Shown here one piece after another: positions 13,222 through 24,684 of a stretch of 64,000 nucleotides of DNA. Position 1 is the stretch's first letter, and every line of letters begins with the position of its first letter. Below the pieces are notes generated by a model. The model worked only from the letters and a program-made list of their open reading frames with translations. It searched no databases and was not told the origin of the DNA. Both the position numbers and the translations under genes were made by a program. The stretch is from Adineta vaga (Eukaryota; Animalia; Rotifera), in the NCBI GenBank assembly GCA_021613535.1, contig CP075492.1, positions 13,826,001 to 13,890,000 of the forward strand, in the 5' to 3' direction.

Positions 13222-14112
13222 TTCTGACTCACTTCTTTCTATTGTAAATAAGTCGATATAAAAAAAGAAAAGCAACACACGTGTGCTCACGCAGAATACT
13301 ACTCAGGTAAAAATGTTTTTTTTTGAAAAGAAACAAAACGGTGTCTGTAAGATTTTTTTCTGTTATTGCATTTGTCGATGTCGCGGAAGAAAAAAATCCG
13401 CATACTTTAAACGTCATATTTACTAACGATGAAGGCAAGGAAACAAATTTTTTTTCGATGTGTAATGTATTTTTCGTTTCGCATTTTTGTAACACTATTA
13501 ATGCCTGTAGTTTTTCTACAAATGTTTTTTATTTTTTATCTTTTGAAATGGTTGTTTGCGCAATATATATGTATGTTACAGAAATGTGTCAATTAATTGG
13601 TTGTAATAAAATTGTATTTGTAACTGGAAAGAACTAGTTATTATACTATATCTGTATAGAATATGAGCATATTCTGCGAAACAAAGTCGAACAATTAGAA
13701 AGTATATGATTCATAATGAATCTCCAAATTTTTCGCTGCTTTGATAAATTCACACACTCTGTATCCGGGAATTATCATATAATCATACAGAACACGTTTT
13801 CGCTCAGAATTCAGCAGTAGAGTTTGACGGAAATTTTCTGTAGAATCTATGCAGCGACCAGGTGCTATTAAAACACATTTACCAATGGGTCGAGCATCCT
13901 ATCATCCATCGGCTAAATATATTTGCATCTCATTTTATATGTTCTACAACACTTTGGGTGATATACCTAAGCTCGATTTCAATCAATATTTTCAATATTG
14001 GCTGAACTGGAAACTATTTGATCCAAATGGAGTATCTTTGAAATTCATAAGGAATAATAAAGTGCGAAATGTATTGTTTATTGATTTAACAGAATTACGC
14101 GTAAAATTCTTC

Positions 14113-14203
14113 ATGAATAACAACATATATTAGTCAAACTGTGCATATCCACAATGTGCGGTTTTTATATACAGTTATCATTTGTTACATGTTGGTTATT
14201 CAT
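14113..14203 (-). promoter_or_regulatory. SECIS element (type II) in the 3' UTR of the deiodinase-like gene
   Basis: Minus strand: helix 1 augaauaaccaacaugu/auauguuguuauucau, core AUGAU...UGAC, helix 2 aacuguauau/auau(gc)acaguu, AAAAA bulge, mini-stem ccgca/ugugg; starts ~58 nt after the stop. Confidence 0.85.
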
Positions 14204-14260
14204 TTAGAAAATTCTTATGAAAGTCAATAAACAATGAAGCAAAAAAGGTGAGTAAATGTC

Positions 14261-15495
14261 TTAAGCAACTGGATTACGGATTTGAAAATAGTTTTCAATC
14301 CATTGATTGAGTTCATCGATATGATAACTAAAGGTTTCTTTATCAGGTTCAGCTTTCAAAGCTAATTTGCTATCGTAGATCACATAGAAACGAAATGGCC
14401 ATGATCCGTAAGTAAGATGAAATGTATTATCCATATTGTCAACTAACATTGGCATTTCAAATTTTAAATCATTTTTGCATTGTTGAGCATGAGCAATTCG
14501 TTGTTCGATTGTTGTTGGTTGATCGACACATGAAATCGTTCTACCTACTGGCCATTGATCACGAGCATGTGCTTCAGCAATGTAAATGGTCAAGAATTGC
14601 ATTCCAGCAGACGCATGCGAGCGAAAGAGCGCGCTAAACAAAGAAATCTTCTTTTATAATATCGTTGTGATAAAATAGGAAATACAAACTTCATTCCTCC
14701 AGCAGACGCCCGAAATGGAGGTCAGCTAGTCGAGCCAGCTAACAGTACCAATGGTTGACCAGCTGGAATATTTGAAAAAAGAGTTGTTGAAGAACCTTCT
14801 GACGTATATAAATCAATATCACGAATACATTCATTTTGTTGGACTAAACCTTGGGTGACTTTATTATGTTTTACTAAAAAATAAATATATCATAGGTAAA
14901 CATGAGCTATAATGACGTCGCAAAACGTACCATAAAAAGCTTCTTTTACTGCGGGTTCATCTGGAAAACGATAGAGAGCAGTACGCAATGCATTTACATC
15001 ATAGTATCCGAAATGTTCAACAACATACTGTTGAATTAAATTCAGAATGCAACTAAAATGTTCGAACAAAATCTCTCAACATTCTGACAGAATTGAATAC
15101 AATAAGACTTACGTAATCGCAGCTTCATCTTTATGATACGCATCGATGAGATCCTGAATTGATTCGGATAAACGAATACGTGTTTCATAAGCGATCATCT
15201 CGCGAACGGTCTCTATCGAAGGTAATTCATTCGATGTTTTAATCGTTTCAAAACCCATATGACCAGATGTAGGAAAAAACATTAAACATCGTGCTCTTGA
15301 AAACGAATCGTCATCTGAATCATCTAGGTTAGGTTTTGGTGGAGGTTTTTTTTGTTGTTTCGGTACTGGAGGAGCCGTTGCAGATGCAGCTTTATCATTG
15401 GCGATTGCTGCAGTCGTCTTTTCTGCAATGGTAGTTTTGTCTTGTTGATGGCTTTTGGATGCAGTGCCATCAGAAGACTTTTTACTATCGGCCAT
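14261..15495 (-). CDS. 353 aa iodothyronine deiodinase-like selenoprotein, Sec at codon 219 (TGA 14724-14722) (exons 15495-15113, 15052-14931, 14873-14690, 14633-14261)
   Basis: PLVLLAGSTS-U-PPF, FLTIYIAEAHARDQW and LVDNMDN..YGSWPFRFYVI match deiodinase motifs; introns of 60, 57 and 56 nt are in phase; SECIS downstream. Confidence 0.9.
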
Positions 15496-15856
15496 TCTAT
15501 CAATACTTCATCTGAATAAGGTATTTTAACACATGAAAAATGTATGCACGAGAATAAAACGAAGATTATATATACGAGTAGAACGTGTGATGTATTATTG
15601 CACCATCACGTCGTTATATATGTGAGTCATAATAAAATTTAGAGATGTAAAAGAAAATAGGAGAGATGTCGCTCATACTTTCGTTGACATATACGAAGAA
15701 AGACAATAGTTGACGTGGAGAATTGAAAAAAATGTAATCTTTATGAGATGCAAATAAAGAAGCATTCTCTTAAAAGTCTCGCGGAAAGAACGAAAAAAAC
15801 GGTAGTTGGAATTTTCATTGTCATATGTTTCAGAATATTTTCTTCGAGCATTTATT

Positions 15857-17551
15857 ATGCCTAGTAACAAAATGAACGTTGATCAACGTATTATACGTAT
15901 ATCAGACATTGCGGAAGAGTCTGGTGATTTTCTGATGCCTATTAGTGGTTACGAAGATATGCCACTTGTTCCTCTCGACATCGCCGTGGAACCATTGATA
16001 TCTTTGTTACCGATGATTCAAAGCTACGCTTATGCTGCAAAAGAACGTTGTAAGCATCCACCGCCGAACGGGCTGACTGTTGATGAATCCGCATCAATTA
16101 TGCTTTATTCAATGGGATGGGAACCACTTGATAAATGTCTTTATTATGCTTTGAATGCTACACTTCGTTCAGTTGAAAGAGGCAAGCTGAAACCATGGTT
16201 TTTGTACTTGAAGTTATTTTTTACTGCACTTTCACGGCTACCATCTAAACATCAATTTATTTTTCGTGGTGTAAAGCAAGATTTACACAGAGAATATCCA
16301 AAAAGTAAAAGCATCGTATGGTGGGGATTTTCATCATGCACTGTTTCAATTGACGTCTTACAGTCGGATCTTTTCTTGGGTAAAACGGGTATACGAACAA
16401 TGTTCACTATTGAATGTGAATCAGGCAAAGATATTCGAGAACATTCATACTTTTCATCTGAAGATGAAATTCTTCTTCTTGCTGGCACACAATTCAAAGT
16501 GATTGGTAATTTGGATCAAGGTAATGGTCTTCATACTATTCAATTGCAAGAAACTCAACCACCGTTTCCATTACGTCCACTTCTGACTACTGATTCTATT
16601 TCAAGTACGACGGTTTCTGGTAGTAATAAAAGTCTTTCTTTATTGACATTAAGCTTTTCAAAGAGATACCCATATAGTGATCAAACCACCATAGCAAAGT
16701 ATGACACCTGTAGTTGTGAATGAGCAGCGAAAAATTATCCTAACTATAAATTTGACCGATGTATCATTTTAAGGAGTAATTTTGAGTATGAGCTGAAAAG
16801 AGAAACTTCATTATTACGGTCACCTAATAATATTTCCAGCCAGATTCTCTCCATACATGCTCACATCCAGTTTTCATAGAACGAAACAATTTGGGAACCT
16901 TCTTGTATGCGTACACCGTTATATGCAACACTTTCAGAATAGCTGCTCACGTATATACCAAGGCCGCGCCACTTCTTTCTCCAGTTTTCACCTATACAAA
17001 CTGCCAAGTAGTTTCTCTATTCCTAAGTAACGACACTGATATCATAGTCCTATTAAGAAACAGCTTTAAACGAAGTAATTGCACGACTTTCCTACTAACC
17101 GGTTTGATCTGCTTTAAATCTCTTTCTTACTCACGGGTATCCCTTTAACACTACCAAAACTTTTTTCGAGTCATGCTGGTCTTTCTCCTCTTAAGGCAAA
17201 CCAGACCGCGATAACTATAAAAAGTCAATATTTTCAGATTCTACTCTCCATGGAATAAAATCAATTAATACGAATAATGCACCAAGTTCTCAATATTCAA
17301 TGCCTGGATATCAATCATATGATCAGAAACAACCTCAGAAAGCGAACGCTAAATCTTCTAAACTGTCTTCGGCAGGGAATGACTACGACGAAGAACTGAT
17401 ATCTGAATATTCAATGCCTAAATATCAATCATATGATCCGAAACCACCTCAGAAAGCGAACTCGAAATCTTTTAACCAACCAGAGACAACCCATACCTAC
17501 ACCCTCGAAGATCTCTTCGTTAACGATATCCAATCTATGATGATTGACTAG
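15857..17551 (+). CDS. R-S-E (NAD:arginine-type) ADP-ribosyltransferase with low-complexity tail (probable exons 15857-16619, 17238-17551)
   Basis: [33 protein letters not shown] motifs. A phase-1 splice to the 17300 ORF is in frame but inferred; unspliced, the ORF ends at 16723. Confidence 0.8.
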
Positions 17552-17740
17552 ACGAACGATTAACACATGGATGAAGTAAAGATATCTTAGCAAATGAGTA
17601 ATGTAACCAACCAGAGACAAGCCATTACCGGCAGTTAAAGTCGAACATCTTTTCGTTAACGACATCTGATCTATGATGATTGACTACACGAACGATTAAA
17701 AGATAGATGAAGTAAAGATATCTCAGCAAATTAGTAGTAT
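17292..17740 (+). repeat. Two imperfect tandem duplications (~69 bp at 17292/17406; ~130 bp at ~17473/~17604)
   Basis: aatattcaatgcct..aaagcgaac occurs twice; taaccaaccagagacaa..gatgaagtaaagatatct occurs twice. Confidence 0.85.
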
Positions 17741-18559
17741 GCCGAATTATGTACATGTCCATTCCTCAGGATGATTGTATTGAAAAATTCCAGTTTTTGA
17801 GAACAGACTTTCATGACAGTACGATCTAATCAAAACGGAAAAATATCATAATATGTATTGTTGCATATTCTTAAGGTGAATTAAACTAGCATGTGAACTC
17901 AAATATTCATCTAGTCTATTTTCATGATTATTTTTGTATTATAAGAACGTGAATGTGAGTATGAATGAAGTTGAAATGCTTATACATCATTTCCCTATAC
18001 TCACAATCTCTCAGTTACATACATTCAAAATGTTTTTGATAAATATCTCTGCTGTCCAGTTGTAACTATAAGTCATATGAGATCGTTGATTATATATTCT
18101 TGACAACATTCATTCAAATGATACGATTTCGATTGATTTTGCATTTTGTATCTCATTGGAATAGTAATTCAAGAATATGAGCGAAAACGATTTGTTAGAT
18201 AAAACTGCAGATATAATATAAAATCTGACATGTAATATCTTCCTGGTCAGAGACTGCACACCGATAAAAAAAACTCTATTTATATTTTAATACGCATTAA
18301 ATATAGCTCTATCAAAATGAAATTTGAGGCCACTGTCGCAAAAATAACTTCTCAATGGCCCCATATTAAGGATAGAGAATGAATATTCTCTTACGATCCA
18401 AGCTGACAATCAAAATAGCTAACGGACTGTAAATACATGAATGTATTTCTCAATTTTCAACCAAGAAAAACGACTTTCTAAACTTGATAAGATTCATATT
18501 TTATCTTGTCATTTGCTATTTGAATATTAACCACGAGATATCATCATCAATATTCGATT

Positions 18560-19190
18560 ATATAGCATATTTTATATTAATACAAAAGAATATATATGCA
18601 TTTAGTGATCCAGTTCTAGTTACTCTTGGTACCATAAGTTACAATGTTAGATTAATTGTTTTTTCTCAAAAGAAATTACGTAAAAATCCTTGTACAAGTT
18701 ATTTTATATCAGTTGATATTTGTAATCTATTACAGACATATTCATCATTATTAATAATAAGTTTATTAATTAGCGATAACATTGATATAACTTCATATAA
18801 CGTTATTGTTTGATTGTAGCATGAAATACGACTCATCTTACTTATCAATGTCTTATAATTGAGACATTATTTTGGATGATATTTCATAGTCATACATTAC
18901 TTTCTATTGATATTCAAGAATTTGCTTCTATGGTTACTTTGTTCATTATTTTTGAGCAGGTTTATATACAGATCTTATCGGTTATTATTCAACCATAACC
19001 AAAGAAATTCTTACGTCTTTAATATTGATCATTTTTGAAATCTGGACGTGTAGAAATGCTTAAAATAGAGTTCAAATCCTGTTGAATCTGAAAGAAGACA
19101 TTCAAAAAATAATCCACAAAATATGCTTCGTTTCAAACATATCGACGATTTGCTTTGATGTCATTGATGGAAATACTTATTTATATCAAA
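18560..19190 (+). pseudogene. Degraded class A-like 7TM receptor remnant
   Basis: LVTLGT...LIVFSQKKLRKNPCTSYF resembles TM1-TM2 of the receptor at 20728-21690; stops and frameshifts follow. Confidence 0.55.
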
Positions 19191-19420
19191 AATATTTCGA
19201 TGTGAGTTTAAACCAATACTCTCATGCATATGAATGTATGTAAGTTACATTCTGACTTCTTTGTATTGATTGTTAGAGCTTTTTGACTCGTTCTTTTATG
19301 TCTTTTTCAAAATAGTTTTCCTTTGAAACAAACTGATAAGATAATAATGTCCACCACGTGTTTGAAATATAAAGTCAGTCTCCATTTTCTTTTTCTATTA
19401 TTGACTACAACGCAAGAATC

Positions 19421-20731
19421 ATGGATGTATACGATGTGATTATTGTTGGATGTGGTTCAGCTGGTATTGGTGCGGGCATTGAATTTGAAAATATCCAATC
19501 AGACATCAAGTATTTAATTTTAGAAGCACGAAATCGAACTGGTGGTAGAGCATATACTGATATAACAACATTTGGTAAAGATATTCCACTTGATCATGGT
19601 GCACATTATCTTTGTCATCATGAAGAAACTAATTTTCTACGACGATTTTACGTTCCATTTGAAAGAGATTATATTGAATCAGATTCGTACGATAAATCAA
19701 CCATGAAGATAGTGGATCAAAACGGAAATATCATTGAAGATGATTTAATTGAAAAAGCTACGAAATATGTTGAAGATTTATTATTAACGACTAGAGAATA
19801 TTCTAATGGGACATCTGATATATCCGTATTTGATTTAGTGAATTCTCGATTAGAAACGATCTCCGATCAACAATTGAAATCTCTTGCTAAAATGTGTCTT
19901 AGTTATATAGAATGTCATGAAGGATCCGATTTAAATCAACTATCAAGTAAATTCTATGGTAAAGGTGAAGGTGATGTGATCGAATCAGATTTAGCCATTA
20001 CCAATGGTTTAGGTTCATTAGTCCAAAATATTGCTTTAAAATATCACCTACGAATAAAATTGAATACTATCGTTACAAATATCGACATATCGAATGGAAT
20101 CGTTCAAATAAAAACGAAAGATAATCAAATCTATCTATGTCGTTATGTTCTGTTAACGATTCCACTTGGTTGTTTAAAATCAAATACAATTCAATTTTCA
20201 CCTCCATTACCTACATGGAAAAAAGAAGCAATTGATACAATGGGTTTTGGTTTATTAAATAAAGTTTATCTTCAATTTTCCGAACTCTTTTGGGAGAAAC
20301 AATTACGACGAATAACTATTGTTCGAGAACAATCTCAATTTTATTATTGTCTACCCGAATATCAAATGTTAGCTTTGTATGTTTCTGGTTTCATGGCTAG
20401 ACAATATGAAAAGAAAACAGATCAACAAATTGTTGATGAAATATTCCAATCACTACAACGCATCTATCCAAATATAACTTATCCTATAAAATGGCTTATT
20501 ACACGATGGGGATCCGATCCATATTCGCAAGGTTCCTATTCAAGTTTTCATCTTGGAAGTAATCCTGACACTGTCAAAGATTTATCTCAAGAAACACATG
20601 ATGGTCATGTTTGTTGGGCAGGTGAACACACGAATTATGATGGATGTATTGGTTATATTGATAGTGGATTTGAAAGTGGTATACGTGAAGCAAAACGAAT
20701 AGTCAATAAACTACATGTACTAGAAAATTAA
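19421..20731 (+). CDS. Flavin-containing amine oxidase (polyamine oxidase-like)
   Basis: DVIIVGCGSAGIGA, LEARNRTGGR, DHGA, TIPLG, RWGSDPYSQGSYS, WAGEHT, GFESGIREA; intronless 436 aa. Confidence 0.92.
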   Translation: MDVYDVIIVGCGSAGIGAGIEFENIQSDIKYLILEARNRTGGRAYTDITTFGKDIPLDHGAHYLCHHEETNFLRRFYVPFERDYIESDSYDKSTMKIVDQNGNIIEDDLIEKATKYVEDLLLTTREYSNGTSDISVFDLVNSRLETISDQQLKSLAKMCLSYIECHEGSDLNQLSSKFYGKGEGDVIESDLAITNGLGSLVQNIALKYHLRIKLNTIVTNIDISNGIVQIKTKDNQIYLCRYVLLTIPLGCLKSNTIQFSPPLPTWKKEAIDTMGFGLLNKVYLQFSELFWEKQLRRITIVREQSQFYYCLPEYQMLALYVSGFMARQYEKKTDQQIVDEIFQSLQRIYPNITYPIKWLITRWGSDPYSQGSYSSFHLGSNPDTVKDLSQETHDGHVCWAGEHTNYDGCIGYIDSGFESGIREAKRIVNKLHVLEN

Positions 20732-21690
20732 GTTTCTGCAGTCACATTTCGATTATTCTCTTGTCTTAGTAATAAATGATGAAAACTATTGACAACCAAT
20801 CGTTTAAAATCTCGTCGAAATGATTTTGATACCAGAAGATAGATATGAAAAGGTAGAGCATTATTAAGAAGTAGAATGATAAATACAATTGTAAACATGA
20901 AACTTTCAATTTGAAGATGTTGAATACTTTTAGTTTGAAATATCATTCCCATGATAAGTGATTCAAACATCATTATTGAATATGAACTTGCAGTAATAAC
21001 ATAAACACATACTTCACACAAAACGACAAATAATAAATCACGATCATATCGACGAATTGTCATTTGTCCATCAATTGTAACATGTGTGATGGGTTGAACT
21101 CGAACATGAACTCGTCGTAGATTACGATAAGCTAAAAAGCCAAATATACACAAAATAACTGGTGGACATAGAGCAATAAATATAATTGTATGAATTAGAT
21201 AAAATAACGCATATAGACCAGATTGTGTACATTGTTCACCAATATATGTACTTAAAATGGGAATATGAATACAAAACACGCTCCAAAATATAATCACAGA
21301 AGTAATAAACCATTTCGCACGTTTAGCTGTGCTGAATGTTCGATAGTGGGTATGATGACTTGTAGTAAGAAATCGATCGATACATGTTAATATGAGCATT
21401 GAACTAGCGATTAATCTAATGACATTCGATAAGTAAAGACGTATTTTACATAAAACTATTGTACCACGAAAATAATTAAAGTATATTTGAAAAAAACCAT
21501 TTATTGCTAAACAAATACTATTGACTATTGCTAAACTGATTATATAGATCGAACTGACATTATGTTGTTGTCGTTGTCGATTAAAACTGATAACTATACA
21601 GCTATTACCAATATATCCTAGAATTACACACAAGGAATATCCATACAAAGTCAGTTGTGTTTGAATAGCTGTTAATATCATTGAGGACAT
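20728..21690 (-). CDS. Rhodopsin-like (class A) GPCR
   Basis: Seven hydrophobic segments, GN in TM1, CIDRF, LPFHIYLLVSKSFR. Confidence 0.85.
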   Translation of the reverse strand: MSSMILTAIQTQLTLYGYSLCVILGYIGNSCIVISFNRQRQQHNVSSIYIISLAIVNSICLAINGFFQIYFNYFRGTIVLCKIRLYLSNVIRLIASSMLILTCIDRFLTTSHHTHYRTFSTAKRAKWFITSVIIFWSVFCIHIPILSTYIGEQCTQSGLYALFYLIHTIIFIALCPPVILCIFGFLAYRNLRRVHVRVQPITHVTIDGQMTIRRYDRDLLFVVLCEVCVYVITASSYSIMMFESLIMGMIFQTKSIQHLQIESFMFTIVFIILLLNNALPFHIYLLVSKSFRRDFKRLVVNSFHHLLLRQENNRNVTAET

Positions 21691-22113
21691 TTTTGATAAA
21701 GAGATTATTATACACTGAAAAAACTAATGATTAAAATATTCTTTTCTATCATGTTTGATCTTATAATACAAAAAAATGTAACGAATGTCATCAGCAAGAC
21801 AAAACGCAGAGTTTTGTTGTCCTCTCTCCTTCTCTGAAAAAATTTGCGCTCTTTTTCATTGTTTATAGATTTTTTCCTAACAAAATAACAGTGCAACTCA
21901 ATTTTTATTTCTTACCGAACTAAAGATATTCATGCGTGTTTTTTTTGTCACATATCAATTAATTCTTTTTGTAAAAAGTATTCATATATAGAACGCACGG
22001 TGTTTAACGGACTACAATTGTGAATAAACACGAATGAATTATTTTTATTAAGCATTTGATATACAAAATGCTTTACGTATGAACAATTTAACAAATTTAT
22101 CATTTAACATAAA

Positions 22114-22458
22114 TTAATCTTCTGAGCACTGACCAGCAGGTCCTGCATTACATCGATCTGTTGAACAACAAGTAGTATTCATATACTTTGATTGTTTAAT
22201 ATAATCACATCCAGCTTGATCAGCAATCATATATTCCCAAGTATATTTATCAGAATTCAATTCAGCTTGATCACACATATGGCTTAGTAGCATAGAACAC
22301 GAATAATATTTGATACACACGTAATCGAAGCCGGAAAGAGCTTTATCAGCATCTGCACTCAGTTTACAACTTGTACTATTACCTTCATAACATCGAAGTG
22401 ACCAGATATTGACGAACAAAAGAACGAAGACAACAATGGATAATAATCGATAATACAT
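22114..22458 (-). CDS. Secreted Ly6/uPAR (three-finger)-like cysteine-rich protein
   Basis: Signal peptide, then LRCY...CCSTDRCN; likely start is ATG 22458. Confidence 0.7.
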   Translation of the reverse strand: MYYRLLSIVVFVLLFVNIWSLRCYEGNSTSCKLSADADKALSGFDYVCIKYYSCSMLLSHMCDQAELNSDKYTWEYMIADQAGCDYIKQSKYMNTTCCSTDRCNAGPAGQCSED

Positions 22459-23616
22459 AGCGTAGAGGTGAAGAAGTGGAAGCAATAATTGTTGAGAAGA
22501 CGAAGATAACTGTATTCTACAAAATTGGTGGAATATTTATACGGGAACGATAACAAAGAGATAGAAAGAGAAACAAGAAATATGATTCGAATAACCTAAC
22601 ACAAAGAAACATCCATGATTTCTGTTGGTTCATTGTTAAATTCGTTCTAAACAAAGAGCGACCATCATTGGACATGTGCAAAATTGTTTAGACTATTGAC
22701 TATTCAAAATAGAAATAACAAAATATTTACTTGGAATGAAAACAAAAGTTTCAATAATTAATTACATAAAATAATCATTCGAAATATAGTATTGTAATTC
22801 GTTCTTTATGACTTCATTTATTGTCGTTACATACATTTTGTTAATTAGACCGAGAAAGAATAAGATGTTTTGTATAATATTTATTCATTTTCTAGCAGTG
22901 TATTGAGCATGTTTTAATTGTTTACTTCAACGATTGTCGATGCTTAAAAGAGAGAGATGAGTAGAAAATAATGTTTCTGTAAACTATAACATTCACGCTT
23001 TAAAAAAGTCAAAAATCTGATGGAAGTAACATCAAATAATTCATTTTACTAAAAAAAAATAACGAGCATAGGCAAGCAGTGAAGCAAACTATTGGTGTTG
23101 TATTTTAAGCGATCGATATATCTAACAACGCTTTGACATAGACGGTATCAGAAGAGAAAGTACATCGTATTTTAGATCTAATCAAATGGATTCGTACGTA
23201 CATCGTCTTGTGCATTTCATCCTTTTAATTTCATGTTAACATTTATCTCTATCAGGCTTTCTTCTTGTCTTTGTTTTTTTCTTATTATTGTTATGTTCAA
23301 CATCAGAATGATCAATTTTGTAGTTTTTCGGTCGTTCACAACTACAGTCTTTACGTAAGAGGATTGCTGTGTGAGCATGTTCAGGGACTTGTTATCAATT
23401 TCAAACTATTATAAGCACTGTAAATTATATCATCAATCTATTTATGGCAGTGTTAAGAATAACTCGTTTGATGTTAATTCAATTAATGTCTATTTCGTTG
23501 TTATACTCTATTCTATGATATACTTCATTTAGGAGAGTTACTTTGGAAAGTGTATTATATCTCTTTAAGTAATTTACGAAATGATTTTATTTTTTAAAAT
23601 AAATAATCTTGTAACT

Positions 23617-24684
23617 CTATATGTTGATAGTAAAATTTGCAGTATAGTTCATGTATTTCACTGAACCATTTGGATTAAAAACTAAAGGCGTCCAGTAGGT
23701 AAAATCGTGTCCTTTGGCACCATCGGGTGAACTTTGCCATTTGTTTCCTTGCCAAATATATCCATAATCTTCTACACCAAAAATTTTATATTGAAGAATA
23801 TTATACAACTGTGCATGACCTTCATTTCCTAGATTATTCATTGTATCGAATGGACCAAGAGGAGATAGAGAACTATAGACAGTAGCAGAAGCTCCTTCTG
23901 AACAATAACAACAACATTGACCGAAAACAGCATAATAGACACCATTACGTTTAAACATAGCTCCACCTTCTACAAATGTTTGCCCAAAGAAACCACTATT
24001 GAATTCTCGTCCTAATGAACAAAGATAATCATCTGAAAGTTTCTCTACAGACATCAGATGATCTGGTTTGTATATACTCGAATCAATATGTGCATTATAT
24101 ATGATATATGCATCACCATTTGTATCTTGAAAAAGATTTAAATCTCCAGTATTTTCCCACGCTAGAGTAGTTACTTTTTCAGTGACGAGTTGAAAAGGAC
24201 CTTGCGGTGTATCAGATACAGCTACGGCACATTGTGATTGAGAAACACCTGTACCAGTTGCAGGTAGAAAATTAAACCACATCACCCATTTTCTTGTTTT
24301 TGGATTCGGTAAAACACGAGGACCAAACATAATACCTGGTGTTTTCATTGAAGTCATTTGAAAAACATAACCACGAAATGTCCAGACAGAAAGATCTGTC
24401 GAAGTATAAAGACTGACATTATGATTGAGTTGAAATCCACATCCACCCACATGCCACACGGTACAACCGGATGGACCTGGCGGTTCTTTACATAGACCAT
24501 AACTGGCACCATAGTAATAATAAAGACCGTCGTACAAAAAAACATTGCCATCATGAGCATCCATAATATATCCATCCGTATCTCGACGAGGTATAACATT
24601 ACTAAGAGTTACATTGCGACATGTGACGTTAATAAATAGAGCCATCAGAAGTACTATGATCATCATGATTTTTTCTTCTATCAT
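23617..24684 (-). CDS. Secreted glycoside hydrolase, GH43-like five-bladed beta-propeller
   Basis: Signal peptide; DAHDG, YYYYG, YTSTDLSVW, AVSDTPQGPF, GDLNLFQDTNGDAYI, EGGAMFKRNGVYY, SPLGPF motifs; intronless. Confidence 0.8.
   Translation of the reverse strand: MIEEKIMMIIVLLMALFINVTCRNVTLSNVIPRRDTDGYIMDAHDGNVFLYDGLYYYYGASYGLCKEPPGPSGCTVWHVGGCGFQLNHNVSLYTSTDLSVWTFRGYVFQMTSMKTPGIMFGPRVLPNPKTRKWVMWFNFLPATGTGVSQSQCAVAVSDTPQGPFQLVTEKVTTLAWENTGDLNLFQDTNGDAYIIYNAHIDSSIYKPDHLMSVEKLSDDYLCSLGREFNSGFFGQTFVEGGAMFKRNGVYYAVFGQCCCYCSEGASATVYSSLSPLGPFDTMNNLGNEGHAQLYNILQYKIFGVEDYGYIWQGNKWQSSPDGAKGHDFTYWTPLVFNPNGSVKYMNYTANFTINI

Noticed and set aside
12037-13290. ORF-track kinase boundaries (417 aa)
   Set aside because: It starts at a non-ATG codon and runs into intron 12089-12037; the spliced model fits better.
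14261-14641. Stand-alone 126 aa ORF, and a separate 128 aa ORF at 15109-15495
   Set aside because: They are the last and first exons of the selenoprotein gene.
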